From Carcharhinus longimanus (Eukaryota): 63,933 bases of DNA. Below the pieces are notes generated by a model, which was not told where the DNA came from, made no database searches, and worked only from the letters and a program-made list of their open reading frames with translations. The stretch covers positions 53,112,888 through 53,176,820 of the forward strand of contig JASCQW010000061.1 of assembly GCA_030264375.1 (NCBI GenBank), in the 5' to 3' direction. Positions 13,284 to 25,991 of this stretch are shown here, in pieces (position 1 is the first letter of the stretch; every line of letters begins with the position of its first letter). Made by a program: the position numbers and the translations under genes.

Positions 13284-14002
13284 GGACCTGGAGATAGTAG
13301 ATCCATTGGTGTTTATTTTCTAAAATTCTGTGGATTCTGGAATAATTCCTAGAGATTGGAGGGTAGCTAATGTAAGCCTGCTATTCAAAAAGGGGGATAA
13401 AGAGAAAACAGGGAACTATCAGTGAGCCTAACGTCGTATTGGGCAAGTGGCTGGAGTCCATAATGAAAATTTCATAACTCAGCATTTGGAAGGTAGTGGT
13501 ACAACCAGACAAAGTCAGAACAGAGTTACAAAAGGGAAACCAAGCTGGAATTCTTTGAGGGTGTAATTCGTAGAGTTGACTGAGGAGAACCAGTGGATAT
13601 AGTTTATTTGGGCTTTCAAGAGGCTTTCAACAAGGTCTCACATAACAGGCAACTATGTAACGTGAGTTTGCAGGTAATGTCGTCAGATGGATAGAAAGCT
13701 AGTTAACAGATAGGAAGAAAAGAGCTGGCATAAATGATCTTCTTCTGATTTCTAGTCAGTGACTAGTGGGGTTCTGCAGGGATCTGTGCTAGGACCCCAA
13801 ATTTCACATTAGATATCAATGATTTGGAAAAGGGAATTGAACGTATTATCTCCAAATTTGCAGAAGATACGAAGTTGGGTGAGAGGATGAGCTGTGAGGA
13901 GGATGCAGAGATGCTTCAGCATGATTTGGACAAGCTGAGTGTGTGGACATCTGCATGGCAGATGCAGCATAATGCAGATAAATGTGAGCCTATCCACTTT
14001 GG
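13284..14002 (+). mobile_element. Second CR1 RT fragment nested in the first
   Basis: Restarts upstream (DWRVANVSLLFKKG) and runs to ISKFAEDTKLG...KCEPIHFG, ending at the gap. Confidence 0.85.
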
Positions 14003-14327
14003 NNNNNNNNNNNNNNNNNNNNNNNNNNNNNNNNNNNNNNNNNNNNNNNNNNNNNNNNNNNNNNNNNNNNNNNNNNNNNNNNNNNNNNNNNNNNNNNNNN
14101 NNNNNNNNNNNNNNNNNNNNNNNNNNNNNNNNNNNNNNNNNNNNNNNNNNNNNNNNNNNNNNNNNNNNNNNNNNNNNNNNNNNNNNNNNNNNNNNNNNNN
14201 NNNNNNNNNNNNNNNNNNNNNNNNNNNNNNNNNNNNNNNNNNNNNNNNNNNNNNNNNNNNNNNNNNNNNNNNNNNNNNNNNNNNNNNNNNNNNNNNNNNN
14301 NNNNNNNNNNNNNNNNNNNNNNNNNNN

Positions 14328-14412
14328 GAACAGGTCCCACCTACCCCAATACTGATGCCAATGCCCCATAAATTCAAACCCATTCCTCCCACACCAATCC
14401 CTGAACCATCTA
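14328..14412 (-). mobile_element. CR1 ORF1 (SGNH esterase-like) fragment
   Basis: WFRDWCGRNGFEFMGHWHQYWGRWDLF, typical of the esterase domain in CR1 ORF1. Confidence 0.8.
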
Positions 14413-15303
14413 GGGGTGTTCTGCATGGATCAGTGCTGGGAATTCTATTGTTTGTAGTTTATATAAATAATTGGGAGAAAAATATGGATGGTCCAATTAG
14501 TAAGTTTGAGGATGACACAAAGATTGCTGGAGTTGCTGATACTGCTGGGGATTGTCAGAGGATATAACAGAATATAAACAGATTGGTGACTTGGGCACAA
14601 AAATGACTGATAGAGTTTAATCCAGACAAATGCGAAGTGATGCATTTTGGAGGATCAAATTTAGGTTTGAACAATGCTGTAAATGACAGAACCCTTTGGA
14701 ACATTAACATCCAGTTCCCTAAAAGTGGAAACATAGGTGGCCAAGGGAATTAAGAAGGCACATGGCATGCTTGCCTTCATTAGTCGGGGCATTGAGTACA
14801 GGAGTTGGCAGCTATATAAAAGCTTGGTTAGACCACATTTGGCATATTGCAGCAGTTCTGGTCATCACACTACCAGAAGGACATGGAAGATTTGAAGAGA
14901 GCAAAGAAGATTCACTAGGATGTTGCCTGGTCTTGAGGCTGTTGGCTGTGAGGAGAGGTTGAAAAACTCGGATTGTTTTCACTGAAAAGACGGAGGCTGA
15001 GGGGAGAGCTAATTGAGGTCTACAAAATAATGAGAGGCATGGACGGTGGATAGTCAAAGGCTTCTTGACCAAGGGTGGAAGTGTCAGTTACAAGGGGGCG
15101 CAGGTTCAAGGTGAGAGGGGGAAAAAGGGAGATGTGCGGGGGAAGTTTTTCTCGCAGAGACTGGTGGGTGGCTGGAACTTGCTGCCAGAGGATGTGGCAG
15201 CAAATTAGTAACATTTAAGAGGCACCTGGAAGGGTACATGAATAGGGAGGGAATAGAGGGATTAGGACTGAGTAAAAGCAGAAGACATTTTTTTAAGTTT
15301 AGC
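14413..15303 (+). mobile_element. CR1 RT-to-3'UTR piece; its tail resumes at 19923-20022
   Basis: GVLHGSVLG and SKFEDDTKIAG (degenerate FADD), ORF2 end and UTR. The last 30 nt are identical to 19923-19952. Confidence 0.88.
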
Positions 15304-15403
15304 NNNNNNNNNNNNNNNNNNNNNNNNNNNNNNNNNNNNNNNNNNNNNNNNNNNNNNNNNNNNNNNNNNNNNNNNNNNNNNNNNNNNNNNNNNNNNNNNN
15401 NNN

Positions 15404-15567
15404 ATCACGGATTCTAACATTTTTCCTACAACAGACGTTAAACTAACCGGCCTATAATCCCCCGCCTTTTGCCTGCCACCCTTCTTAAACAACGGCATTA
15501 CATTAGCCGTTTTCCAATCTTCCGGCACTTCCCCGGAATCCAGCGACGTTTGGAAAATAATCACCAA
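15404..15567 (-). mobile_element. Young, CpG-rich CR1 fragment running into a gap
   Basis: Uninterrupted IFQTSLDSGEVPEDWKTANVMPLFKKGGRQKAGDYRPVSLTSVVGKMLES. Confidence 0.9.
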
Positions 15568-15569
15568 GG

Positions 15570-16080
15570 TCTCATCCCTTTGTACTGAAGTCCTAGTAGT
15601 GTTTTATTTTGCTCACTCTCAAACATTAGATTGAACTCAATCATTATCTAATCTCTATTAGATAAATGCTCACATTCATTAGCCTGTTAGCTAAATTTGA
15701 CACATTTCTCAGTACTAAATCTAATAAAGCATGCTTCCATTTTGGCTTTCAGACATATTTTTGCAGAAACAATCCCAGAAAACCACCTCAAGAAATTTGC
15801 TGATTTTCCAATGTGTATTAGTCTACTTATGCTAATCCACATGAAATTTTAAATCCCCCCCTTAAATTGATCCTGCTTTTCTGCATGTTTGTTTAATCTT
15901 TGCATTTAACCAATCTACCATTTCAGCTTCTCCTATGGCTCTTTCCATAGTTGTCAATCCTTTTCTATTTATTAATTTTGCCCATAAAATCTCCACTGCC
16001 TTTTTGCCCCTCATTATATCCTGTATAATCATAGAAGTGATTTCATTCTTAAAGGTTACTTACTCCTCCTCTATGCCATT
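15570..16080 (-). mobile_element. Old CR1 AP-endonuclease region remnant
   Basis: Minus-strand gggggatttaaaatttcatgtggatt (GDFN-like) and decayed downstream motifs. Confidence 0.5.
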
Positions 16081-16519
16081 TCCTGACATAGACTCAATGG
16101 ACTGAGCATCCTCCTTCTGTACTGTAATGACTATCTGGTTGGGTTATTCATTGGAATTGCCTTAGAGTGCAGAGAAGGTCACAATATCACATGGGGTGCA
16201 GTTGCATAGATTTCCGATCTCATTAGACCTGGTCCAAACTTACTGGCAAGTCAAATGTGACCAGCGTACATTTTTGGAAAAACGGCAACTTAGAGGGAGC
16301 TAAGGTAATTAAAGTTGTAATTGAATGGTATGTTACAGGCTCATTCAAATGTTCCAGCAAGTGAGTAGTGGCTACAGGGCTAAGAGGTCCAGCAAAAATA
16401 TCAGCGTGGCAATGGGGTAGCAGCTGAAGTAGTTGCTGTACTTGGCAGCTTTGTGTGTTCAGGCAACGTGCCTTCACAAGAAAAATAGTGAAGCATGCCC
16501 AGCATGATTTGTATCTCCT

Positions 16520-17700
16520 TGTTCTACGACCAAAATGAATGATTTCCCATTTCCGTATATTGAATTTCAATTGCCACTTGTCAGTCTATTCCATCAGCCT
16601 GTCCATGGCCCATTGAAGCTTACCACTATCCTCCTCCATTCACAACGCATCTAAGTTTTGTGTCATCCACAAGCATTGAAATTGTCCCCTGTTCGTCCAA
16701 GTCTAGGTCATTAATACATGTCAAGAAAAGTAGGCGTCCAAACGTTGACCCACGGGGAACATCATCATACGTCTTTCTCCATTCTGAAAAACAATTATTT
16801 ACTACTACTCCATTGTTACGGTTGTACAGCGCTCTGGTGAGACCACACCTGGAATACTGTGTACAGTTTTGGTCTCCTTACACAGGAAGGACATTAGAAA
16901 CATTGGCATTAGAAATAATTCAGAAAATGTTCACTTGACTGATTCCTTGGATGAGGGAGTTATCTTATGAGGAAAGGTTGGACAGGTTGGTCCGTGTCCG
17001 TTGGAGTTTAGAAAAGTGAGAGGTGATCTTATAGAAAGAGATAAGATCTTGATGGGACTTGATAAGATGGATGCTGAGAAGATGTTTTCCCTTGTGGGAG
17101 AGATCAAAACTAGAAGATACAGTTTAAAAATAAGAGGTCTCCCATTTAAGACAGCGATGAGGAGATTTTTTTTCTCCAAGAGAGTAACTAAGCTGAGATT
17201 TTCTGCCCTAGATGCAGTGACGGCCGGCTACGTTGGATAAATTTATACATACTAAGGGAATGAAAGGTTACAGGAGATAGATAGGAAAGTAGGGTTGAGG
17301 CCACAATTAGATCAACCATGCTCTTAACAAATGACAGAGCAAGCTACAGCTGCCAAATGGCCTACCCCTACTCATCATTTGTGTTTCTTTTATTCTTTCA
17401 TGAGACATGGGTATCACTGGCAAGGCCAGCATTTGTTGCCCATCTCTAATTGCCCTTGAGAAGGTGGTGGTGAGCTGCCTTCATCAACTGCTGCAGTCCA
17501 TGTATGTTTGTATGTTTCTATCACTCAGTCAATTTCTTATCCGTGCTGCTACTGTCCTTCTTACTCCATGAGCTCTAACTTTGATGTAAACCTGCAGCAT
17601 GTCACTTGATCAAACAGCTTTCTGAAGTCCATATACATTCATCAACCACAATACATTATCAGCCTTTTTCAGAAAACTCAAACAGGGTGGTTCGGCCTGA
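16520..17700 (-). mobile_element. Nested CR1 cluster
   Basis: A minus-strand RT fragment (16520-16810, resuming at ~17510) is split by a plus-strand CR1 3' end (16811-~17510; LYSALVRPHLEYCVQFWSP). The tail of that copy is itself interrupted by another LINE tail at ~17385-17500. Confidence 0.8.
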
Positions 17701-17854
17701 TGAGATTCATTTATAAACAATTCCGGGTGCAAACTTGGGAATTCACTTTTCCAGGCTGACCCTGGCATTCCAAGAACATAGGATAAAATAAATTAATGCT
17801 GACAAAAATCATTTGTCACACAGACAATGGAAAACGTCGTATGGAGGAAAGATG

Positions 17855-18790
17855 ACAGGTAATTCTCCCAAAAAAATTCGAAGTGCTGAATTTGCATAAA
17901 AACTGGAGAAACTCCCATTGGATTGTTTTAGTGGGATTTTCAAAATGAATCTCCCACAGTCTGGGCACTGCAGAGTGCCCTTGGGAGACTCACATTGTAA
18001 ATCTGTGGGCAGGGCCTATTCCCAATGGAGAGGCCAGCACCACAGCGCTGAGCAGGCCGTTATGCATGCGCCGTACTGTCAACACTAAGATTGGTGCATG
18101 CGCACTGGCCCCACACTGCAAGCCTCCTCCAGCAGTCCTGACCACCAACCCCCCCCGCAACCTCCCGGTCCCCCTCCCTCTCCCCCTCCCAGATGGCCAG
18201 CCCCGATCACTCTCTTCCCTCCCTCTGACACTGATCCCTATGCAGAGCTGCAGTGGGATCCCCCACCACCACTGATCGCCCCTGCCATAGTCCCTGCCCC
18301 CTCTGATCCCACCACCTTGGCACTGCCCAAAGCTCTGTATGTTCCCCCTGGGCATTGTCAATTTGCCCCTTGGGCCGTGCCAGGGGCCAAGCTGGCACTG
18401 CCAGCAAGGAAATGTCCCAGGGGCACACCCCCTCACCCTTTAGCCTTGACCTCCTGTGGGGCCTTCACTCCAGTGGGATCAACTGCCTGTTCCCCGATCA
18501 TGGGGAGCAGGAATAAACCCCACTGGAGAGAACCAGTCCTGGTGGCGGGGAAGGGGGTGGTTGGGGTGCAGAAGCTAGTGAGCTTGGAGACTTCAGTCCC
18601 AGGCCTGCTAATCATATGTAAATGCAGATTTAAATATGGAAATCAGCTTGTGCCAATTTCCAGAGTGGAGCTAATGATTCCAAAAAACTTGAAACTGGAG
18701 ATGTGCAGAGGCAGTGGTGCCCAGTGGAGAGCCTGCTAAATGGCCTCCACTGATGTCTGCTGGCCCTGGGCTTGATGAGTCACCCCCTTA
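17855..18790. mobile_element. GC-rich non-autonomous DNA-transposon-like element (Harbinger/MITE type)
   Basis: Abrupt GC/C-rich block starting ggtaattctccc and ending gagtcacccc. Its Pro/Gly-rich ORFs are compositional. Confidence 0.5.
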
Positions 18791-19922
18791 GGTTAGGTGG
18801 AAGTTACAACCTTTTGTAAGCAGTAGCAGCCTCAAAAGCTTGAATGTGTAATGGCTTCTTATGAGGGAGGAAAGAAGGACTTGATCTGTTGTTGGCTTCA
18901 GGTTAGAATTCAATGACATCATCAGCAACTAAAGCATTGGGGGAAGAAGGCAATGGCTCTGGAGTATCACTATTACCTTGGCATCCTACCTGTGTAAAAT
19001 AATTTTGTAATGGCAGGTAATGGTTCAAATGTGTGTTATATATAAAAGTCTGACAGTCTGCCAATTGAAAACAAGGAAATCAAGCTGTTAACGGAACAGC
19101 TTTCACACTGATGTGTTAAAGCAGTGTCTTTATGTAAATTGAATTATATAACTGCGGAATCCCCTGCTGAAGCCTTAAATGGATTGAATCCCACTAGTAG
19201 TTTGAAAATTAGCAATGACAAACCCATTGGTGGATAAAGCTGCTGCGGAAATATTGCTTATGAAATGAAAGATTGAAGTGCATCCTTTCAACACCAAGTT
19301 TTACTTCCTGCACGGTGGCCAACCTTTTCTTGGGGCCCATGAGACAGACTATATTGCCTCAGGCTCTTAGCATTTGTATTCTGCAGACAAGCACATTGTA
19401 TCACTTGGAGTATCCTCTTCATCGACACATTCCAACCTGCTTTCCTGCCTTAACATGTCTCATGTGCCTGTTGACAGATAAGACTGGAAACTTTTTGGAG
19501 AACACATTTTCAAGTACTGCACCATTTCACACTGTGCTCAATTAAACTAACGGAGTAAAATATTTCTTTAAAATGCGTAACAACCTCTGATATTAATAAA
19601 ATATGGGCTCCAGAACATCACTTTCTTGTCGTAACCTGCCTATTAATACACATCCATGTTTTTGGCTTTGGATATATTTCCCTGTTTCTCTTGTTACTTA
19701 TTGTGCTGGCACACTGTACTTTTCTTAACTCAGTCCAATTTCCTCTCCAAAAGAATAGCTTAACACTTTCGCTTGAGTATGGTTTCCAATGGCAGCCAAT
19801 CTCTCTTTGTTGTTATTCATTTCCAAGACTTGACTGTGAACATTACAAGCCTATCCAACTCTGGAGGATATCTCAACTAATTAGATTATTTTTTATGTTG
19901 TGTCCACATGTGTATTGTGATC

Positions 19923-20022
19923 AAAAGCAGAAGACATTTTTTTAAGTTTAGCTAGGGTATCATGACCAGCACGGGTGTGGAGCAACTGTACATACATTTT
20001 ATTTGTTTATTGTTCTTTGTTC
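19923..20022 (+). mobile_element. CR1 3' tail, continuation of 14413-15303
   Basis: tagggtatcatgaccagcacgggtgtggag...tgttctttgttc, followed by an L2-like tail to ~20200. Confidence 0.75.
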
Positions 20023-21374
20023 ATTGCCACTTCCAACGTTACTACCCTTTTTATTATAAAAAGGCTCCTTAAGACCCTGCTTTATGATCAAACCTTTACA
20101 ATCCTTCAACCCTCATTTCTCATTCCAAGGATGTCTACTCTTTGTCCACTGTGCTGTAAAGCATTTAGAGATTGCTATGCGTACGAGGAACATTTCAAGT
20201 GTACAAATGATTATGCTGGATTCTTAATATGTACAGAAGGGAATGCAAGGTGACTTGCTTTATTGACAATGATTCATATTCGTGCTACACTTGTTCAACC
20301 TTGGTTCAATGATAGCCGTCCCACTCATAAGTCCACTGTCATCAAAATTATGCCTGGCCCACAAGTAACATGAAGAACAAACTTTATATTGATTTTGTGA
20401 AGGTAATTTATTTACAAATTGAGAAAATGTTCCATGCACCCATTAGTATAGACAAAGGAAGCAGGTTTAATGAGTGGTAATCTTTAATGGAATGCAGTCA
20501 ATTAAGGGTAAAGTCTGAATAATAGAGTGCGGTTTCTCAAACCTTTCGAGCCACTGAGTCCCGTTACTTCCCAAGTTCATCGGGAAACCCCAAGCATTCC
20601 CATAACGTCAGTGTCCTTTTTTTGCCATAAAATAAGTGTGAACACTGAAATCAAATGTAAACAACTCTTTCCTAGCAATATCTATGTGTAAATTAGGAAT
20701 TGGCACACAATCACAAATATATTCACCAGCTACATGGCCCCCTCACATTAACCCCTACCCAAGCTCCTCTCCCATGCCCCTCAACATTAACCCCTGGAAG
20801 TAGTATCCACTTTGGGAGTAGGTAATCTGTTAATAATTTAAAAGTTTGCATATTAAAAAATACTTCATTCTTATCTTTAGACATTGTTAATGGGAGGAAT
20901 GATGTTGGAAAGTGGATTGTCATATTGGACATATGCACCTCTTTCCCTCACACACAAATGTACGCACACACGTCACTTCCGCACACATTCACCTCATTCC
21001 CTCACATAAACACTCATGTCTTTCTCTCACGTTCACACATACACCTCTCACACACACTTACTTAACTCCTCTCTCTCACACACAACCTGAATGTTTCCAA
21101 GAAATTAACCTAGCTGCATGATGCATTCTCACTTGCTAACAACCAGGATGGTTCAATGGTTGGCCAATGGATGCTCCTGTACCATTAGCTCTCAGGTATT
21201 ATTTGCTCCCATTTGTCCTTGTTCTACTTCAAGTGCTTCACTTCCAGTCTGCTTTCAAGTGACTGTGCACGCAAAAGGATGTTTGAAAAATGCTTGCTGT
21301 AGGAGGTAAATAAAAATTGGTTTTCCCAAAAATTATTCCATATGTACATTATTGATAAAAATTTCAGGCATAGT

Positions 21375-21740
21375 ACTTTAATCTAGAATGCACTGACTGA
21401 ACGTGTGATGGAAGCAGATTCAATAGTAATTTTCAAAAGGGAGTAGGATAAACATTTGATAAGGTAACATGCAGGCTGTGCCAAACAAGCTTGGCAGTGA
21501 GACTAATTGCATAGCTCTTTCAATGGTCTGCATTGTGCTGCATGATTCTATGAAACATTTTTGCAGGCCTTCCACACACCATACTACCTCCCTACATTAC
21601 TTTCCTTCTTTAAAAGATCTTCTGAAAGCCTTGCTCTTTAAATAAATCTTTGGCCATCTGATCAATGACATTCTTCACTTTAAAATGTCATGTGCCATGC
21701 CTTGAGATGTCTCATTATGTTAAAGGCACTATATAAGTTA
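21375..21740 (+). mobile_element. Degraded CR1 tail followed by L2-like tail
   Basis: ...gtgatggaagcagattcaatagtaattttcaaaaggg...catgattctatga, then ...aaaggcactatataag. Confidence 0.6.
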
Positions 21741-22875
21741 TTATGCAGCTGAACTATTAATGAAATTATTGCTGAAGCACTCTAGATTACAACATGCAGT
21801 TAATCAGAAAATTGCAGGCAGAAGGATTGTCTAATCTCCACAATGCCCACTGAAGGCACAAACCAGTCGGCCTTTTGGAATATTAATCAGATTTTGCTTT
21901 GTTAATCAATTGAATGATTCATTCACTTTTCTGTGGCACCACAGCAAACACAATATTTTTATTTCAGTATTTGTCATGCTGATTTATCTTAAGGTTCTGA
22001 GCACAATTTATTCCACTTGCGTACTGGGTTAAATTGCTACAACAGAAAAAGATTTCATGCAATGATGTTCATACAATTTGTGATGGAATGAATATTGTAT
22101 GTACAGTTGCTCCTTAGCCAGAGTCTTGTCATGACTGATTCATTTTATCATAATCATACAGAAGGTTTAAGATGGACCTAAAATCTTTGAGGATGGGTGA
22201 TGGTGGTTATGGACTATAACCTTATATCCACAAATGCTTTCCGAAGCATGTCAGCCAGTAGCATAATAGCCGTCAGTGCACTGAAGATGTACTTCAGATG
22301 CCTGCATTGAACCACAAGAGCATTACTGTGCAATTCTCAAATGGTGTGGCAGATTTTTGTGACATCCTGTGCATTGCAAATGTTATTACTTACTGGATTG
22401 CAGTATGCTTTTTAAAAAGACAGTCCAAAATTTAGACACAAATGGCTTCAAAGTTTGATAGGTATGATATTATTCATTATCCCCTTGACAATAAAAAGGT
22501 CATTATTGTTGTTACATTTAGACATTCCACATAAATTTAGCATTAATGACCATTCTTTTATGAAGACCTCATTTTCTCAACAATGCAGAGCATGGGGTGA
22601 ATTTCCTTGCCACTCTTGAGATAAACAGGGCAAGAACATTTTTGTGACAGCAAAGTCGAGCATGAGCTGTTTCTGCCTGTTGTCCACCATTAAATAGCTT
22701 CCCCCGAGATACCTTGTGCTTTTTAGCTCTATCTGCAATCTGAATGCCATTCCTTGGTCTCAAATTCCAAGTGTCCATATGTTACTGAATGGCAATGAAG
22801 GGGAACAATGTTGCAGCTCCAAGTTTCCTGCTTTTACATTTGTAATGCACTTACTATAGCTTAGACTGAGTCTTA

Positions 22876-23190
22876 GGGCAGCACGGTGGCACAGTGGTTA
22901 GAACACTGTTGTTTCATGGTGCCAGGGACCCGTATTCAATTCTGGCCTCGGGTCATTATCTGTTTGTACATTCTTCCCGTGTCTGCATGAGTTTACTCTG
23001 GGTGTTCAGTTTCCTCCCACAGTCCAAAAATGTGCAGGTTACGTTGATTGGCCATGCTAAATTGCCCCTTAGTGTCAGAAGTATTAGGAGGGTAAATATG
23101 TGGGATTACAGGAATAGAACCTGGGTGGGATTGTTGTCGGTCAGGCTTGATGGGCCAAATGGCTTCCTTCTGCACTGTAGATTCTATGAT
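22876..23190 (+). mobile_element. HE1-type V-SINE, near full length
   Basis: tRNA-like head (ggcagcacggtggcacagtggttag, B-box-like region), V-core (ttcctcccacagtccaaa...ggccatgctaaattgcccct) and CR1/HER1-like tail ending attctatgat. Confidence 0.9.
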
Positions 23191-25574
23191 ACTACATGGT
23201 GCCACATTTGCTAAGACAGGCGAAATAAAGAGATTCTGGGCCTAAATAACCTTAAGGATTTGACTAGGGTTGCTGCAGCTGGGAAATATATATTCTGTTA
23301 TTCCAACAAATGAAATCTGGACTTGCTGTGCAGTCCCTCTGTCAAGGTCAGATAACCAGTAGATTTTTTTGCCCATGCTCACCAATCAGCACAAATAGCT
23401 TCTAAGAATAGATATGTCTTTCGCTATGGGTACACCATTATCATGAACAGGAACAGTACAGAATTGAGAAATACTGTTATACAGTATTGTTATAATATTC
23501 ATATAAAGAAGTAGGAATTAATTTTTATGGGGATTTAGCTCCAGGCTGCCATATTTACTACTTCGCTACTGTCAAGTGCTGAGCAACAATGTATCAATCC
23601 ATTAGCCATATGTAGAGCAGCAAGAAATATACTCCGTGAAGCTCCAGCATTTTAAAATGTCATTACTTCTAACTTATGAAAACCGGAAGACGCAACATGG
23701 TGGCTGTAGTGATCTGTGAGCAAAGAAAGCACAAACATTTTAAACATATTTAATGCTGAAATAGATTGAAAAATCAACCCAATTAGTAGAGAGAGAGAAA
23801 AAAATCTGAGGGAACCATGCAAAAATGAAATGACCACCACAGCAATAAACAAACATAGATCCAGCCTGTGGTGGATTGGAAAGCTGGTGATGTTGAAGAG
23901 ATATTTGAGAAGTTTTAGCTAAAATGAGGACTCATATTCAGTAAATTTCTAAAAGACGCTAGTTAAGAGGAAAGGACAGTACATTCAATTGTGAGGAGAA
24001 AAGGATTACATTTGTTTACTAGCTGGGAGCTGAGCGACAAGTGCAAAAACTCAGACAAAATTTTGAAAAGTTCAGCACACTTTCCCAGCCAAAGTCAGAT
24101 CATCAGATCCACCAACTTCAAGGCCTGAGACAGGAATCAGGGAAGCCTGTTGGCAAGTTCATAATAAGCTTGAAAAATGCAATCAGAACATGTAAATTAG
24201 GGCTGTGAGATCAGCTCATTTGGGGCTTTGCACATCCTGAAGTATAAAGCAAATTGATCCAGTTTTAGTTTCGCTTTTGCTTTGAGCAGAGCACACACAC
24301 ACTGCTCTAATGTCTTCAAGTTTTATACTTATGTATAATGGTTCTCTTGTGCCTAGTCTTAATAAATTAACCCACGTCACGTTTACCAAAACCCTTATGA
24401 GTGATTGGTGACTTGTGACTTGTAGAGTAAATAAGTCCCAGGTATTGTATTAGAACACGATATATTTGAGTTCACAGCCAGAAGGAAATGTCCCAAATTA
24501 TTTTTCCCATGTGCATAAATATTTTGCTGTTGAATAAATTTCAAAATAAGATGATGTCTGAAAACAGGAAAACCATTGAGACGTTTTATTTTTTAAAAAT
24601 TACAGCTGTATGTGAGAAAGGACAGACTTCAATGGATGCAGCAAAATATAGTTATTGATGTGACATATCCCATCTACAAGGAGCTTTATTGATGGGATGG
24701 TAACAGATAGAGATAACCAGCGACTGCCCTATTAAGTTCCCACCTAAAAATAGCACGTTGATCTGGTGAGCTCCACATTTCAAAGGTGCATCTTGAACGA
24801 GAAGTCTGTCACAAATAAACAGCGGTCAATTTTCTGTGGATGGTCTCATGAACAATGAATGTATTTCCTGATTTTGGACATTTTATTTTTAATGAATATG
24901 TTGATGAGAGGATTTTTCAAAATACCAACGCCAATTTCCTTTGTGCTGGAATATGGCCCAAATAAGTTTGGAAAATTTATCTGAAATGGAACCCTTGAAG
25001 TTTAATATATTGTATAATGTTAGTACAAAGTAGAAAGATCATATTTCATTACACACTCCATGTGGCGCATGGATCACGAGGGACTGCCACTTGGTAAAAG
25101 TGGGTTGCCAGAATAAAGGTTTGAAAGACACTACATTACTTTGAACCTAAAACACATATAACTTGTGCTGCCTGTAAGTTCTATGAGAACAAGTTGTATG
25201 TGTTGTGGTAACAAAGTAATATCTAACAGGCTGCCTGTCTGTTCTGTGAGGACATTATTGAGGATATATTAGTGGATGCAGTTCATTAAATAAATAATGC
25301 TCCATCACCTACTGCATAAGGACCTGTAGCTCCAATCGTCTCCTTACACTGTTCTCTCAGTAGCTATGAAGATCACAGAAGGTGCATTCATAATGTGGCT
25401 GAACAATTAATTATCAACCTGTAAATACTCTCAATACGCCGAACAGTTTCCCAGTCAGCCAGAACCGTGCAGTAGCTGCAGCACCTTATTGAAATTTTAG
25501 TAACAACACTGAAAGCATTTGTTTTGTTTTTAGAAGCAAAAGTATAGAACCACATTTTGTTATGTTCTAACACA

Positions 25575-25712
25575 TTGGCTAGAATATTATGGCCGTTCAT
25601 GCCGATGGGATTTTCCCATCCTGCTGCAGTGAATGGAGATTTGGCTGGATGCCAAATTCTCCGACTTCACCACAGCAGGAATATGGCACAAACAGCTGGA
25701 AGATTGCATCCA
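25575..25712. mobile_element. Short MITE (~135 bp family)
   Basis: Shares gctgcagtgaatggagatttggctg core and termini with 60153-60287; related copies near 5730-5861, 32050-32173 and 63158-63286. Confidence 0.6.
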
Positions 25713-25740
25713 TTTTCCTTACTATTCTGAAAAGATATTT

Positions 25741-25991
25741 AGAATCATAGAACCCTACAGTGCAGAAAGAGGCCCTTCGGCCCATCGAGTCTGCACTGAA
25801 CACAATCTCACCCAGGCCCTACCCCCATATCCTGACATATTATGCCCACTAATCCTCTAACCTACGCATCCCCACGCAGACACGAGGAGAACGTGCAAAC
25901 GCCACACAGACAGTGAACTGAGCCGGGAATCAAACCCAGGACCCTGGGGCTGTGAAGAAGCAGTGCTAACCACTGTGCTACCATGCCGTCC
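25741..25991 (-). mobile_element. HE1-type V-SINE with internal deletion
   Basis: Reverse complement of the head (gcagtgctaaccactgtgctaccatgccgtcc) and tail (agaatcatagaaccctacagtgcagaa). Confidence 0.88.

Larger units (their letters stand above)
20528..25133 (+). mobile_element. Probable fossil hAT DNA transposon carrying later insertions
   Basis: Imperfect TIRs (ggtttctcaaaccttt / aaaggtttgaaagacacta). Decayed motifs in hAT order: PYLL..YC (~23547, xHCxxH-like), ATWWL (~23692, TRWLS-like), GCEISSFGALHILK (~24200, CERSFS-like). No TSD recognisable. Confidence 0.45.

Noticed and set aside
17990-18739. Pro-rich 213-aa and Gly-rich 148-aa ORFs
   Set aside because: By-product of a C-rich non-autonomous repeat; no domain or splice support.
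20930-21090. CA/CT-rich tract; also (TA)n at ~34768-34803 and a purine-rich tract at 8870-9030
   Set aside because: Ordinary low-complexity or microsatellite decay.
22876-22950. tRNA-like sequence
   Set aside because: It is a SINE head followed by V-core and LINE tail, not a tRNA gene; the same holds at 25991, 27429 and 41207.
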